Source of the DNA: an uncultured Deinococcaceae bacterium
GTDB lineage: Bacteria > Deinococcota > Deinococci > Deinococcales > Deinococcaceae
Reading direction: 5' to 3'
DNA length: 63,244 bases
Assembly (NCBI GenBank): GCA_964252075.1
Contig: CAXULY010000032.1
Coordinates: 1-63,244, forward strand
Below the pieces are notes generated by a model. That model made no database searches. It was given only the letters and a program-made list of their open reading frames with translations, and was not told where the DNA came from. The position numbers were made by a program, and so were the translations under genes. Of the stretch, positions 33,963 through 45,085 are shown in pieces (positions within the stretch are counted from its first letter, which is position 1; every line of letters starts with the position of its first letter).

Positions 33963-34178
33963 ATGTCCCGCGCATTCGTGAAGGAAGAGGGCGGCGAGCG
34001 CTGGCAGCCCGCCCGCCCGCGAGGCCAGTACCGCGCCTACCTGCTGCGCCCCGACGGTCCGCAGGTCGCCCACGAGGACAATGACCTCGCCGCCCTGCTG
34101 CAGTGGGCCGCGCGGCGCGAGGGTGGAGCCTACGAGGTTCGGGACGCCAGCGGGCAGCGCCTCGCGCTGGTCGGGTAG
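33963..34178 (+). CDS. Small hypothetical protein (MSRAFVKE N-terminus)
   Basis: GC3-rich ORF; N-terminus resembles that of some GreA/GreB-related proteins. Confidence 0.7.
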   Translation: MSRAFVKEEGGERWQPARPRGQYRAYLLRPDGPQVAHEDNDLAALLQWAARREGGAYEVRDASGQRLALVG

Positions 34179-34229
34179 GCGCGACGAAAATCTGACTCAC
34201 GAAACCTTCAGACGCCGTTAAGCTGGGGC

Positions 34230-35198
34230 GTGACGCAAGACACCGCCAGACCAGCCGTCGAGGTGCGCGGCCTGGGCAAGAAGTACCGCAAGACCACCGT
34301 GCTGGAGAACGTCAGCCTGAACGTGGCGTCCGGTGAGGTGTACGCCCTGACCGGCCCGAACGGTGCGGGCAAAACCACCCTGATCCGCTGCCTGACGGGC
34401 CTCGCCTTCCCCAGCAGCGGCAGCGTGCACCTGCTCGGCAGGAACGTGCACGAGGAGGGGCCGCGCGCCCGCGCGTACCTGGGCGCGGTGGTGGAGGCGC
34501 CCGCAAAGTTCTACCCGCAGTTCACGGGCGTGCAGAACCTCAAGGTGCACGCCAGCCTCGCGCGCCTCGCGCCGAACGGACGGAAGGTCGGCATGGAGCG
34601 CATCCGGGAGGTGCTGGCCCTGCTGGAACTCACGCGCATGGCGGACCGCAAGGTCTCCGAGTACTCCCTCGGGCAGCGCCAGCGGCTCGGCGTGGCGAGC
34701 GCCATGCTTGCGGACCCCAAGGTGCTGATCCTCGACGAGCCCACCAGCGGCCTCGACCCGCTCGGCATCGGGCTCATTCACCGCATCGTGACGAGCCTCG
34801 CCACGAGTGGCTGCGCCGTGATCCTGTCCAGCCACCACCTGCGCGAGATCGGCAGTTACGCGCACACCGTCGGCATCCTGTCCGGCGGGCGGCTCGTGGA
34901 CACCGTGGACCTGCGCGCCCGCTCGAGCGCCTACCGCTTCCGGGTGGACGACGTGGCGCGCGCCTCCGGCGTGCTGAGCGCCACGCCCTTCGTGACGCGC
35001 GTGGGGGGCCGCCCGCCCTACGTGATCGCGCACCTCACGAGCGACGCCGCCGTGCCGGACGCCCTCGCCCGCCTGCAGGCGGACGGCGTGCGGGTGTTCG
35101 AGGCGGCGCCCGACCACTTCGACCTGGACGCGTACTACCGCGAGCGCCTGGAGGACCCTTCCGGGCAGGTCGCGGCGCCGCGCGAGGTGGTCGCGTGA
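34230..35198 (+). CDS. ABC transporter ATP-binding protein
   Basis: [28 protein letters not shown]. Confidence 0.95.
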   Translation: MTQDTARPAVEVRGLGKKYRKTTVLENVSLNVASGEVYALTGPNGAGKTTLIRCLTGLAFPSSGSVHLLGRNVHEEGPRARAYLGAVVEAPAKFYPQFTGVQNLKVHASLARLAPNGRKVGMERIREVLALLELTRMADRKVSEYSLGQRQRLGVASAMLADPKVLILDEPTSGLDPLGIGLIHRIVTSLATSGCAVILSSHHLREIGSYAHTVGILSGGRLVDTVDLRARSSAYRFRVDDVARASGVLSATPFVTRVGGRPPYVIAHLTSDAAVPDALARLQADGVRVFEAAPDHFDLDAYYRERLEDPSGQVAAPREVVA

Positions 35199-36007
35199 TT
35201 CCGCTGCTCGCGCTGGAGTACCGCAAGTTGTGGGGGCAGCGCAGCGTGCGCCTGGGCCTCCTCGCGATGCTGCTGCTGCCGTTCATCTGGCTGCTCGCGG
35301 CGGTCCTGAACCGCTCCGCGAGCGGCGGGAGCGCCTTCGTGGTGCCCGTGTACAACCTCGCGCTGGTGAGCGGCTGGCAGATGCCCGCACTGACCCTGAT
35401 CACCACCGCGCAGTTCCTGCTGCCGCTCTTCATCGCGGTGAGCTGCGCGGAGCTGATCGGCTCGGACGCCATGCACGGCACGCTCGCGCCGCTGGTGCTG
35501 CGCCCCGTTGGGCGCGTGAACGTGCTCATCGCGAAGCTCATCGTGGCGCTCACGTACCCCGCCATCCTGCTGGTCGTGCTGTTCCTCGCGAGCCTGCTGT
35601 CCGGCGTGGGGTTCGGCTTCGGGGACTTCACGGGCGGCAGCGGCCTCGGCGCGGGCGGCTTCGTCGGTGAGGGCCCCATCACGGGCGGCGCGGCGGGTCT
35701 GGAGGACCTGCGCGGCTTCCTGCTGGCCGCCGTGACCCTCATGCCCATCGCGGCGCTCGCGCTGCTGTTCGGCGTGGTGTACCTGAACACCGCCGCCGCC
35801 GCGCTCGCCACCATCGCGACGCTGCTCGTCATGCGACTCCTGACGGTCTTCCCGCAGGCCGTGCAGAAGCTGCTGCTCACCACGCACCTCGACGCGTACC
35901 TGCGCCTCAGCCCGGCGGACGTCGCGAACTCCCTGATCCTGCTCATCATCTACACGGTGGGCTTCGGGCTGCTGGCGGTCTTCACCTTCGAACGCAAGGA
36001 CGTGTAG
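35195..36007 (+). CDS. ABC-2 type permease
   Basis: about 6 TM segments, GTL...LRP..R...LIAK, terminal FERKDV; GTGA overlap. Confidence 0.9.
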   Translation: MIPLLALEYRKLWGQRSVRLGLLAMLLLPFIWLLAAVLNRSASGGSAFVVPVYNLALVSGWQMPALTLITTAQFLLPLFIAVSCAELIGSDAMHGTLAPLVLRPVGRVNVLIAKLIVALTYPAILLVVLFLASLLSGVGFGFGDFTGGSGLGAGGFVGEGPITGGAAGLEDLRGFLLAAVTLMPIAALALLFGVVYLNTAAAALATIATLLVMRLLTVFPQAVQKLLLTTHLDAYLRLSPADVANSLILLIIYTVGFGLLAVFTFERKDV

Positions 36008-36081
36008 GGCACACCGGGCGGAGGGGGCGATGCGTGATCAGACCACGCGCCGCCCCCTCCGCCCTGCTACGCTGCCAGCAC

Positions 36082-36534
36082 ATGAGCGCGAAAGGTGAAC
36101 TGATCGAGGAGTTCCGGCTGCGGGAACTCGGCACGCCCGAGTTCGAGGTGCGCGTCACCGGCCCGGACCACGAACCCATTTTCAACGCCGAGGTGTACGC
36201 CCAGGGTGAACGCCTCGCGGGCGGGCAGGGCCGCACCAAGCGCGAGGCGGAACGCGCCGCGAGCGAGGCCGCGCTGCGCGTCCTGCAGGCCGAGGACGAA
36301 TCCGACGAGGACGACGTGGCAGAAGACGAGCAGAACGATGACGCGCCGGGCGCCGCGTGGCCCATCTACGCGGAGCTGCTGTCGCAGGCGCTGCTCGTCG
36401 CGCACGAGCGCGTGCCGGACGAGGGCAGCGTGGACGACGTGCGCCGCGCCGCCGCGCGCCTCTACACGGGCCTGCTCGGTGACCTGGGCGTGCTGCCGGA
36501 CGACGAGGACGCCGAGGAGCCCGGCGGGGAATGA
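36082..36534 (+). CDS. Stand-alone double-stranded RNA-binding domain protein
   Basis: [26 protein letters not shown] dsRBD signature, then an acidic linker. Confidence 0.8.
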   Translation: MSAKGELIEEFRLRELGTPEFEVRVTGPDHEPIFNAEVYAQGERLAGGQGRTKREAERAASEAALRVLQAEDESDEDDVAEDEQNDDAPGAAWPIYAELLSQALLVAHERVPDEGSVDDVRRAAARLYTGLLGDLGVLPDDEDAEEPGGE

Positions 36535-37208
36535 GCGCCCCGCACCTCTGGCCGTCCGGCGTGCTGTTCGACATGGACGGCGTGCTCACCGCGAACAACG
36601 CCTTCCACCACGCCGCGTGGCGCGCACTCGCGGCGGAACGCCTGGGCCTCGCCCTCACCACCGAGGACCTCGAACTGAAGGTGGACGGCGGCCGCACGCC
36701 CGAGATCCTCGCGCGCCTGCTGGGCTTCGCGCCTGACCCGGACGAGGCCCTGGCCTTCCACGAGGCGAAGGAGGCCCGCTACCGCGACCTCGCGCGCGGT
36801 CACCTGCGCGAGGTGCCGGGCCTCGTGGCGTACCTGCACGCCCTCGCGGCGCGCGGCATTCCCGTGGCGCTCGTCACGAGCGGCGACCGCGTGAACGTGC
36901 AGTTCGTGCTGGAGGCGCTGGACCTCACGGACCACTTCACGCGCCGCGTGATGGGCGAGGACGTGACGCGCGGCAAGCCCGACCCGGAGCCCTTCCAGCG
37001 CGGCGCCGCCCTGCTGGGCCTGGAGCCCGGGCGCTGCGTGGCGCACGAGGACGCCGTGAACGGCGTGCGGAGCGCGGCGGGCGCGGGCTGCACGGTCGTG
37101 GCGCTCACCACCACCATGCCGGGCGAGGCGCTGCTCGCGGCGGGCGCGGCGCTCGCCCTGCCCGACTTCCGCGCGTGGCTCGCCATGCTGGAGGGCGGGC
37201 GGCCCTGA
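36531..37208 (+). CDS. HAD family phosphatase
   Basis: FDMDGVL, VTS, KPDPE, EDAVNG. Confidence 0.92.
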   Translation: MSAPHLWPSGVLFDMDGVLTANNAFHHAAWRALAAERLGLALTTEDLELKVDGGRTPEILARLLGFAPDPDEALAFHEAKEARYRDLARGHLREVPGLVAYLHALAARGIPVALVTSGDRVNVQFVLEALDLTDHFTRRVMGEDVTRGKPDPEPFQRGAALLGLEPGRCVAHEDAVNGVRSAAGAGCTVVALTTTMPGEALLAAGAALALPDFRAWLAMLEGGRP

Positions 37209-37546
37209 AGGGCCAGGACGCGGAGGACCGCGCCCTCGCGCACCTGCTGGGCCTCGGGCACAGCCTCCTCGCGCGCAACTACCGCATTCCCGGTGGGGAA
37301 CTCGACCTCGTCACGCAGGACGGCCCCGTCACGGTGTTCGTGGAGGTGCGGCAGCGACGCGGCGCCCGTTACGGCAGCGCGCTGGAGAGCGTCACGCCCC
37401 GCAAGGCGGACCTGCTGCGCCGCGCGGCCCTCACGTACCTCGTGCGCGAGTTCGGGCGCGACGACCTCCCGTGCCGCTTCGACCTCGTCACCATTGACGG
37501 CCCGACCGACACGGGCGCCCTCACGCACCACGTGAACGTGCTGTAG
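37205..37546 (+). CDS. yraN: YraN family putative endonuclease
   Basis: [25 protein letters not shown]; start is CTG 37205 or GTG 37175. Confidence 0.85.
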   Translation: MKGQDAEDRALAHLLGLGHSLLARNYRIPGGELDLVTQDGPVTVFVEVRQRRGARYGSALESVTPRKADLLRRAALTYLVREFGRDDLPCRFDLVTIDGPTDTGALTHHVNVL

Positions 37547-37573
37547 GGGAGAGGAGCGTCCCCTCCCCACGGC

Positions 37574-39349
37574 TTAACCCTGCGCGAGCGCCTCGTACTC
37601 CGTGATGTGCCCGCGAATCACGTCCAGGCTGCGCGTCCAGAAGCCCTCGTCGCGCGTGTCGATCCCGAAGCGCGCCGCGAGCGTCGCCGCGTCGAACAGC
37701 CCGGCGTCCGCGAGCAGCTGGTCGTAGCCCGCGCGGAAGGCTTCCGGGTCGCGCCGGAACTCCGCGTACAGGCCCAGCCCGAACAACAGCCCGAAGGTGT
37801 ACGGGTAGTTGTAGAAGCTCGACCCGTAATAGTGCGGCTTCACCGCCCACATGTACGGGTGCAGGTCGTCCGTCAGGCCGTCCCCGTAGGTCTCGCGCTG
37901 CGCCCACAGCATCAGCTCGCTCAGCTCGCGCGGGCTCAGGTCGCGCTCCGCGCGCTTCTCGAACACCGCCCGCTCGAACAGGAAGCGCGAGTGGATGTCC
38001 ATCACCACCTGCGCGTGCCCGATCAGCTGCGTCTCCAGAATCGAGAGCTTCTCCGCGCCCTCGGCGCGCTCCAGCGCCGCGCCCACCGTGAGGGTCTCGC
38101 AGAAGATGCTGGCGGTCTCCGCGAGCGTCATGGGGTAACTGCGCTCCAGCGGCTTGCGGTCCTCCAGACACAGGTTGTGGTACGCGTGCCCCAGCTCGTG
38201 CGCGAGCGTGGAGACGCTGTCGAGGTTCTCGTCGAAGTTCATCAGGATGCGGCTCTCGCCGGGCCGCACGCCCATGCAGAACGCGCCGCCGCGCTTGCCG
38301 GGCACGGGCGGCACGTCAATCCAGCCCTCCCGGAAGGCGCGCGCCGCGAGGTCCCCGAGCTTCGGGGAGTAAGCGCGGAACTGCGCCTCCACGAACCGCT
38401 CCGCTTCCGCGTACGTCCAGCGCGTGCTGCTCTCACCGGTCGGCGCGAACAGGTCCCACCACGGCAGGGCGCCCTCGTGCCCCAGCAGGCGCGCCTTCGC
38501 GCGGAAGTACCGCCGGAAATCCGGGAGGCTCGCCGTCACCGCGCGCTGCATGGCGTCCAGGGTCGCCGCGTCAATGCTGCCCGCCAGCAGGGTGGGCGTC
38601 ACCGCGTCCGGCCAGCCGCGCCGCGCGTTCAGGGTGTTCACCTCGCCCTTGATGCCGTTCATGGCCGCCGCGAGCGGCACCTCCACCGTCCGCCACGCCG
38701 CGAGTTCCGCGCGGTACGCCGCCTCGCGCACCGCCGCGTCCGGGTCGCCGGACAGATTCCGGATGGCGGTCATGGGCAGCGCCTCGCCGCGCCACGGCAC
38801 CGTGAGGGCGCTCGTCACGTTCCCGTGCAGCTTCGCCCACGCGCTGCCCCCCGACAGGCGCAGCACGCTCGCGAGTTCCTCCTCGCCCGCGGGCATCTGG
38901 TGCTCCGCGCGCGCCGCGTCCCGCCGCAGCACGAATTCCAGGCGGCGCGCCACCTCACTCCCCGCGAGCAGCGCCTCCAGGTCAATGCTCCCGATCCACG
39001 CCTCGAAGCGCGTGCCGAGCTGTCCGAGCGCCACCGTCCGCACGCCCAGCTCGCTCTGCCGGGCCTGCGCGAGGTCGTTGCTGCTGTCCGTCGTCACCAA
39101 GGCCTGAATGAATGTGCTCACGGTCCGCAGGCGCTCGTACAGCGCGTTCATCTCGCCCGTGACGCGCTCGAAGGCCGCGGGCAGGTCCGCGACCTGCCCG
39201 CCCCGGCGGATGTTCAGTTCGTCGAACGTCCCCTGGAGCGCCCCGACGCCCTCCAGCACCTCCTGAAACGCTGCCCGAAACTCGGGGGACTCCAGCGACG
39301 GAAAGAGGCTCTCGGTGTTCCAGCGGGGGAGCGATGCAGTGGCGGTCAT
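37574..39349 (-). CDS. pepF: M3B oligoendopeptidase F
   Basis: GKRGGAFC, TLAHELGHAYH, AETAS, FYNYPY. Confidence 0.93.
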   Translation of the reverse strand: MTATASLPRWNTESLFPSLESPEFRAAFQEVLEGVGALQGTFDELNIRRGGQVADLPAAFERVTGEMNALYERLRTVSTFIQALVTTDSSNDLAQARQSELGVRTVALGQLGTRFEAWIGSIDLEALLAGSEVARRLEFVLRRDAARAEHQMPAGEEELASVLRLSGGSAWAKLHGNVTSALTVPWRGEALPMTAIRNLSGDPDAAVREAAYRAELAAWRTVEVPLAAAMNGIKGEVNTLNARRGWPDAVTPTLLAGSIDAATLDAMQRAVTASLPDFRRYFRAKARLLGHEGALPWWDLFAPTGESSTRWTYAEAERFVEAQFRAYSPKLGDLAARAFREGWIDVPPVPGKRGGAFCMGVRPGESRILMNFDENLDSVSTLAHELGHAYHNLCLEDRKPLERSYPMTLAETASIFCETLTVGAALERAEGAEKLSILETQLIGHAQVVMDIHSRFLFERAVFEKRAERDLSPRELSELMLWAQRETYGDGLTDDLHPYMWAVKPHYYGSSFYNYPYTFGLLFGLGLYAEFRRDPEAFRAGYDQLLADAGLFDAATLAARFGIDTRDEGFWTRSLDVIRGHITEYEALAQG

Positions 39350-39367
39350 GACGGCAGCATACCGCCG

Positions 39368-40114
39368 TCAGCCCGGCAGGCCCGGCTCCAGCGTCCACGC
39401 GCGCACCGCGAGGCGCCGCGCGAACAGCGCGTGTGGCGCGCCCACCAGCGGCACCCCGATCTGGTCCGCCACGGTGTTCACGCGCACCTCATAACTCGCG
39501 CGCTGCAGCGGCCACGGGTCGTGGTCAATGTGGCCCCGGAATACCCGCCCCGAGGCGTCCGCGCTGTACAGGGCGTAGCGCGCGGTCAGCCAGCGCTCCA
39601 GACTCCCCGCCTGAGCCGTGAAGACCGGCCCGGCAGGCGCGTAATCCGCCTGAAAACGCACGGGGAACGCCCCCCGGTGCGTGCGCGCGCTCACGTACCG
39701 CACCCCGCCCCCCACATGCTCGGCATACATGCGCGCGTCGAAGTACGGCAGGTGAAACAACCCGCGCGCGAGGCGCACCGCCACGGCGTTCGCGGCGTCC
39801 AGGCTGAAGAACCACACGCCCGCCTGCCCCCCTGCTGTGACGTAGGTCCGCAGGTTCAACTCGGGGAAGGCCGACAGGCCCGGCACGCTGAAGAGCCTGC
39901 GCGGGTAGACGCCCGCCATGCGGAACGGCACGACGCCCAGGTATGCGCGGCCCTCCCAGGTGTCCAGCGTCAGGCCATCCGGGAGGTGCGGCGCGATCAG
40001 CGCGGGGTCCACCGCCCAGTGCAGGAAGCACAGGTCAAGCCACGTCATGTTGAGGCCCCAACCGCGCGCGGGCACCGGGAAGTCTCGCTGGCTGGCATCC
40101 ATGACGGTCATCAT
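39368..40114 (-). CDS. YqjF/DUF2071 family protein
   Basis: W.DL.FLHW, FPELNLRTYV, GVWFFSLDA, WLTARY, H.PWPL. Confidence 0.88.
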   Translation of the reverse strand: MMTVMDASQRDFPVPARGWGLNMTWLDLCFLHWAVDPALIAPHLPDGLTLDTWEGRAYLGVVPFRMAGVYPRRLFSVPGLSAFPELNLRTYVTAGGQAGVWFFSLDAANAVAVRLARGLFHLPYFDARMYAEHVGGGVRYVSARTHRGAFPVRFQADYAPAGPVFTAQAGSLERWLTARYALYSADASGRVFRGHIDHDPWPLQRASYEVRVNTVADQIGVPLVGAPHALFARRLAVRAWTLEPGLPG

Positions 40115-40167
40115 GCCAGCCGAACCCCCCACCACCCTGTCAGATGCGTGACGACTGACTGTCAGTG

Positions 40168-40473
40168 TCAGTCCCGCGAGACGGTCGTGCCCGTGCAGTC
40201 CACCGTCACACTCGCGTAGGGCGCCCCGAACCACGTGCGCGCCACGAGGTCCGCGCGGTACGGGCAGTCGCGGCCCAACCGCACCACCCGCACGACCTCC
40301 AGGCGCCGCACCGCCACGCGCTCCAACGGACCGGACAGCGCCGCTCCAGCCTCCGCCAGCGCCTGCCGCGCGTATGGGCTGGGCGCCACTGCGTCCGGGC
40401 GTGGCAGCACCTGCGGCAACGCGAAGCCCGCGACGAGCAGCAGCAGCGCCAGCAGGGGACGGTGAAACGCCAT
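40168..40473 (-). CDS. Small secreted or membrane hypothetical protein
   Basis: signal-like LLALLLLVAGF, two Cys, RTWFG.PY. Confidence 0.6.
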   Translation of the reverse strand: MAFHRPLLALLLLVAGFALPQVLPRPDAVAPSPYARQALAEAGAALSGPLERVAVRRLEVVRVVRLGRDCPYRADLVARTWFGAPYASVTVDCTGTTVSRD

Positions 40474-40564
40474 GCACCCACCCTGAACCCCCAAGCTGAA
40501 AGCAAACTGACCGCGCGGCGCGGGATGGTACCTGCCAAAGCCCGACATCACAGGAACACTGACG

Positions 40565-40596
40565 AAAAAAGCGCCCCCGGTTGTCCGGGGGCGCTT
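40565..40596 (-). terminator. Terminator of rplM-rpsI
   Basis: GCGCCCCCGG/CCGGGGGCGC stem plus T6 on (-). Confidence 0.85.
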
Positions 40597-40615
40597 GGTC
40601 CGCTGGCCTGTGGGT

Positions 40616-41007
<392 letters not shown>

Positions 41008-41008
<1 letters not shown>

Positions 41009-41433
41009 TACTTGATCTCCAGTTTCTGGGGCTTCTGGGCGGTGTGGGGGTGCTGCTCGCCGGGGTACACCTTCAGGCGGGTGTGCAGGGCGCGGCCGAG
41101 GCGGCCCTTGGGCAGCATGCCGAACACCGCGTGCTCAATGACGCGCTCGGGGTGCTTGTCCAGCGCCACGCGGGCGGTTTCCTTCTTCAGGCCGCCCTGG
41201 TAGCCGGTGTAGCGGGTGTACACCTTCTGGTCCAGCTTCTTGCCGGTCAGCGCGACCTTCTCGGCGTTCACGACCACCACGAAGTCGCCCATGGCGATGT
41301 TCGGGGTGTAGTCGGGGCGGTGCTTGCCGCGAATGCGGGTCGCCACGACGGTGGCCAGGCGGCCGACGGGGATGCCGGCGGCATCCACAACCACCCAGTT
41401 CTGCTCGGTTTCTTTCGGAACGTAAGTCTTCAC
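41008..41433 (-). CDS. rplM: 50S ribosomal protein L13
   Basis: W.VVDA, GRLA, GKHRP.YTP, GMLPK, HPH.AQKP; GTG start. Confidence 0.98.
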
Positions 41434-41613
41434 CGTGATCTCCGGAAAATTGGACTTGGCTCGTTCGGCCTGCCGCGCGCTGTTTCGGGGAAAACAGGGC
41501 GGCGCCCCGGGGCCTTCCGGCTGCTTTGGCTCTACCAAGCGCAAAACACTGCCGAGCAGTCTATCAGAAACGGGGGGAGCGCGGCAACGGGTGGTGGGAC
41601 CGCCGCGTGGCGT

Positions 41614-42042
41614 TCAGGTGGTCTCGTGCAGGTACGTGAGCGCCAAGCGGTACCCCAGGAAGCCCAGACCCCGGATGCTGCCCTTGCACACGGGCGCCGT
41701 GACGCTCACGTGCCGGAAGGCCTCGCGCGCGTCGGTGTTCGAGAGGTGCACCTCCACCACGGGGAGCGGCTGCCCGTGGATGGCGTCGCGCAGCGCGATG
41801 CTGTAGTGCGTGAGCGCACCGGGGTTGATGACGATGCCGCGGAAGCCGTGCTCATGCGCCTCCTGCACCCAGTCGAGCAGCTGCCCCTCGTAGTTGCTCT
41901 GGCGGCACGTGACGGTGAGGCCCAGTTCGGTGCCCCACACCGCACACTGCGTCTCCAGGTCTTCGAGGGTGTCGGCGCCGTACACGTCCGGTTCGCGGGT
42001 GCCGAGCATGTTCAGGTTGGGGCCGTTCAGGACCAGAATCAT
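41614..42042 (-). CDS. aroQ: Type II 3-dehydroquinate dehydratase
   Basis: [26 protein letters not shown]. Confidence 0.97.
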   Translation of the reverse strand: MILVLNGPNLNMLGTREPDVYGADTLEDLETQCAVWGTELGLTVTCRQSNYEGQLLDWVQEAHEHGFRGIVINPGALTHYSIALRDAIHGQPLPVVEVHLSNTDAREAFRHVSVTAPVCKGSIRGLGFLGYRLALTYLHETT

Positions 42043-43103
42043 CGGGCGCTCCTCGTGGGTGGGGTCGCGGTGACTTCGGCGCTCCACTCGGCGTAGGCGC
42101 GCTGGAGTGTCGCTTCGGGCAGGCGGGCGAGGTACGGCTGCCCGAGGTCGCGCAGCAGCACGAAGCGCAGGCCGGCCGCGTCGGCCTTCTTGTCGCGGCC
42201 CATGAAGGCGCGCAGGTCCGGCCAGCTCAGGGATGGCAGCGGGCTGGGTTGTTGCCACCTCAGGAAGGCGCGCGTGCGGGGCGTAAGGTCCGCGCCGCCC
42301 TCCAGGCGCGACAGGATCGCGGCGTAATGCATGCCGTACCCCACCGCGAAGCCGTGGCTGATCCGGTGGTCCGTCGCGGCTTCCAGGGCGTGCGCAAGGG
42401 TGTGCCCGAAGTTCAGGAAGGCGCGTTCCCCACGCTCCGTGAGGTCGCGCGTGACCACCCCGGCCTTCACCGCGACGGCGTCCGCCACCACGTCCTCTAG
42501 GTTCGGCGCGCGCGGACCGAAATCGGGCGTCAGCACCGCGTCGCACAGGGCGGGGTGCTGGATGAGGCCGTGCTTGAACACCTCGGCGGCGCCCTCGCGG
42601 AAGGTCGCGTCCGGCAGGCTGTTCAGCGTGTCCAGGTCCGCCCACACCGCGCGCGGCGGCCAGAAGGCCCCCACGAGGTTCTTGCCCTCCGGGAGGTTCA
42701 CGCCGGTCTTGCCGCCCAGCGCCGCGTCCACCATGCCGAGCAGGGTGGTGGGCGCCGTGTAGAAGGCCACGCCGCGCAGGTAACTGGCCGCCGCGAAGCC
42801 CGCGAGGTCTGTCGCGGCGCCGCCCCCAAGGCCCACGACCGCCCCGTCGCGGCTGAGGCCCGCGCGCGCCAGCCTGGACAGCACGTCCTCCAGCACGCCC
42901 AGCGTCTTGCACGCCTCCCCCGAAGGCAAGGCCACCGTCAGGGCAGGGGAGAGGGCCGCCCGCGCGCGCTCCACCCAAGGGGAGGGGAGGGCCGAGTCGT
43001 GCAGCAGCGCCACCTCACGCGACGACACGCTGGCCGCGCCCAGCACCCCGCGCCCCACCTCCACCGCATAGGGCTGGGGACCGCCCACCTCAATCCTTCG
43101 CAT
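42039..43103 (-). CDS. aroB: 3-dehydroquinate synthase
   Basis: GE..K, GGG...D, PTTLL..VDA..GGKT, LNFGHT. Confidence 0.96.
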   Translation of the reverse strand: MRRIEVGGPQPYAVEVGRGVLGAASVSSREVALLHDSALPSPWVERARAALSPALTVALPSGEACKTLGVLEDVLSRLARAGLSRDGAVVGLGGGAATDLAGFAAASYLRGVAFYTAPTTLLGMVDAALGGKTGVNLPEGKNLVGAFWPPRAVWADLDTLNSLPDATFREGAAEVFKHGLIQHPALCDAVLTPDFGPRAPNLEDVVADAVAVKAGVVTRDLTERGERAFLNFGHTLAHALEAATDHRISHGFAVGYGMHYAAILSRLEGGADLTPRTRAFLRWQQPSPLPSLSWPDLRAFMGRDKKADAAGLRFVLLRDLGQPYLARLPEATLQRAYAEWSAEVTATPPTRSAR

Positions 43104-43689
43104 GCAACTCCTCGCCGGGCGCAGCCTCAGGTAGGGTGTCCCAGTCCGCGTCGTCGGCCTCCGCCCACTGCCACAGACGCTCGATCACCTCCGCCACGAC
43201 CTCCGCGGACTCACGCCCGTCGCTCGTCACGTGAATGGTGCCCTCCTGGTACGCGCTGCGCCGCTCCGCCATCAGGGACGTGATGCGCTCCAACGGGTCC
43301 GCCGCCTTCAGGAGGGGGCGGTCCGAGTGCTGCGTGCGGCGCAGCACCGTCTCCGGCGTCGCCCACAGCACCACCACCGGGCCGCGCGAGAGGAGCGCCG
43401 CGCGGTTCTCCGGCTGGATGAACGTCCCCCCGCCCAGGCTCACCACGGCGTACTCCAGGCGGCACACGCGGCGCACCACCTCGCGCTCGTACGCGCGGAA
43501 GGCCGCCTCACCCTCCTGCTCGAACACCTCGGGCACCGTGCGGTTCGTGACGCGCTGAATGAGTTTGTCGGTGTCCACGAAATGCAGGGCCAGCGCCCTG
43601 GAGAGTTCCCACCCGATCCGGCTCTTGCCGGTGCCCATGAAGCCTGCCAGCGCCACCCAGTTCACGGGGCGGTCAATCAGGCCCGTCAT
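43090..43689 (-). CDS. aroK: Shikimate kinase
   Basis: [29 protein letters not shown] -10 box. Confidence 0.95.
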   Translation of the reverse strand: MTGLIDRPVNWVALAGFMGTGKSRIGWELSRALALHFVDTDKLIQRVTNRTVPEVFEQEGEAAFRAYEREVVRRVCRLEYAVVSLGGGTFIQPENRAALLSRGPVVVLWATPETVLRRTQHSDRPLLKAADPLERITSLMAERRSAYQEGTIHVTSDGRESAEVVAEVIERLWQWAEADDADWDTLPEAAPGEELHAKD

Positions 43690-43848
43690 GCCCCGCAGTG
43701 TAGCCCATGCCTCCACGAGATTCCGGTCGCGTGGGCGCGCCCCACCGCCCGGCCCGAAGGGGGCCAGCAGCAGGTCCGTGGGCGCGCGCCACACCGCCCG
43801 GCGCCCGCGCGGCACCGTGGTCACCAGCGGCCACGCGACTGGCATGGG

Positions 43849-44994
43849 TCAGTACGCCCGCGCGAAGTCGCGGGCCGCCCGCACGCGCTCCTGCAGCTCC
43901 GGGAGGCTGTCGCCGCCGAACTTCTCCAGCATGGCGTCCGCCAGCACCCAGCCGATCACCGTCTGCAGGATCACGCCCGCCGCGGGCACGGCGGTGGTGT
44001 CGCTGCGCTCGCGCGCCGCGTCCGCCGCCTCGTGCGTCACCACATTCACGGTCGGGAGCGGCTTCATGAGGGTCGCGATGGGCTTCATCGCGACGCGCAC
44101 GACCAGTTCCTCGCCGTTCGTCATGCCGCCCTCCAGGCCGCCCGCGCCGTTCGTGTCGCGGTCGTAGCCCTCGCGGTAATACACCGCGTCGTGCACGCCC
44201 GAGCCGGGCAGGCGCGCGTTCTCGAAGGCCCGCCCGATCTCCACGCCCTTCATGGCCTGCACACTCATCACCGCCCCGGCGATGCGGCCGTCCAGCTTGC
44301 GGTCGCTGTGCACGTAACTGCCCAGGCCCACCGGCAGGCCCCGGAAACGCACCTCCAGAATGCCGCCCAGCGTGTCCCCATCCTTTTTCGCCTGATCAAT
44401 GCGTTCCCGCATGCGCGCTGCGGCGTCCTCGTCCAGCGTCCGCAGGTCCGAGTCCTCGATGTCCTGCAGGCGGTCCCAGCTGAAGGCCTCGCGCGACTCC
44501 ACGCCGCCCAGGTCCGCCACGAAGTTCGCGCCCTCCACCCCCAGCTCCGAAAGCAGCTTGAGGGCGGTGGCGCCCACCGCCACGCGCGCCGCCGTCTCAC
44601 GCGCGCTCGCGCGCTCCAGCACGTCCCGCAGGTCCTTGTGGCGGTACTTGATGCCGCCCGTGAGGTCCGCGTGCCCGGGGCGGGCCTCCACCAGCGCCTT
44701 CTTGCGCGGCTCGCCGCCCGGCTCGGGGCTCATGATCTCCGTCCAGTTGCGATGGTCCTTGTTCTCAATGACCAGCGTCACGGGCGCGCCCGTCGTGCGG
44801 CCCGCGCGCACCCCGGACAGGATCTGCGCCTCGTCCGTCTCGATGACCATGCGTCGCCCGCGCCCGTACCCGCCCTGCCGCTTCTTCAGCCACGGGTTGA
44901 TGTCGGCCGTGCCCAGCGGCAGCTGCGACGGCAGCCCCTCGACGATGGCCGTGAGCTGCGGCCCGTGCGACTCCCCTGCGGTCAGAAACCTCAT
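43849..44994 (-). CDS. aroC: Chorismate synthase
   Basis: TAGESHG, RPGHAD, ERASARETA, ERSD. Confidence 0.97.
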   Translation of the reverse strand: MRFLTAGESHGPQLTAIVEGLPSQLPLGTADINPWLKKRQGGYGRGRRMVIETDEAQILSGVRAGRTTGAPVTLVIENKDHRNWTEIMSPEPGGEPRKKALVEARPGHADLTGGIKYRHKDLRDVLERASARETAARVAVGATALKLLSELGVEGANFVADLGGVESREAFSWDRLQDIEDSDLRTLDEDAAARMRERIDQAKKDGDTLGGILEVRFRGLPVGLGSYVHSDRKLDGRIAGAVMSVQAMKGVEIGRAFENARLPGSGVHDAVYYREGYDRDTNGAGGLEGGMTNGEELVVRVAMKPIATLMKPLPTVNVVTHEAADAARERSDTTAVPAAGVILQTVIGWVLADAMLEKFGGDSLPELQERVRAARDFARAY

Positions 44995-45040
44995 GCGGGA
45001 AATCTAGCAGAGGGTCAAGGCCCCCCACGCGCCCCTGCAC

Positions 45041-45069
45041 AAACAAAGGCGGCCCCGCGAAGGGCCGCC
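45041..45069 (-). terminator. Terminator of the pil operon
   Basis: GGCGGCCC/GGGCCGCC stem plus TTTGTTT on (-). Confidence 0.75.
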
Positions 45070-45085
45070 CTTGACGCTGCTGCGT

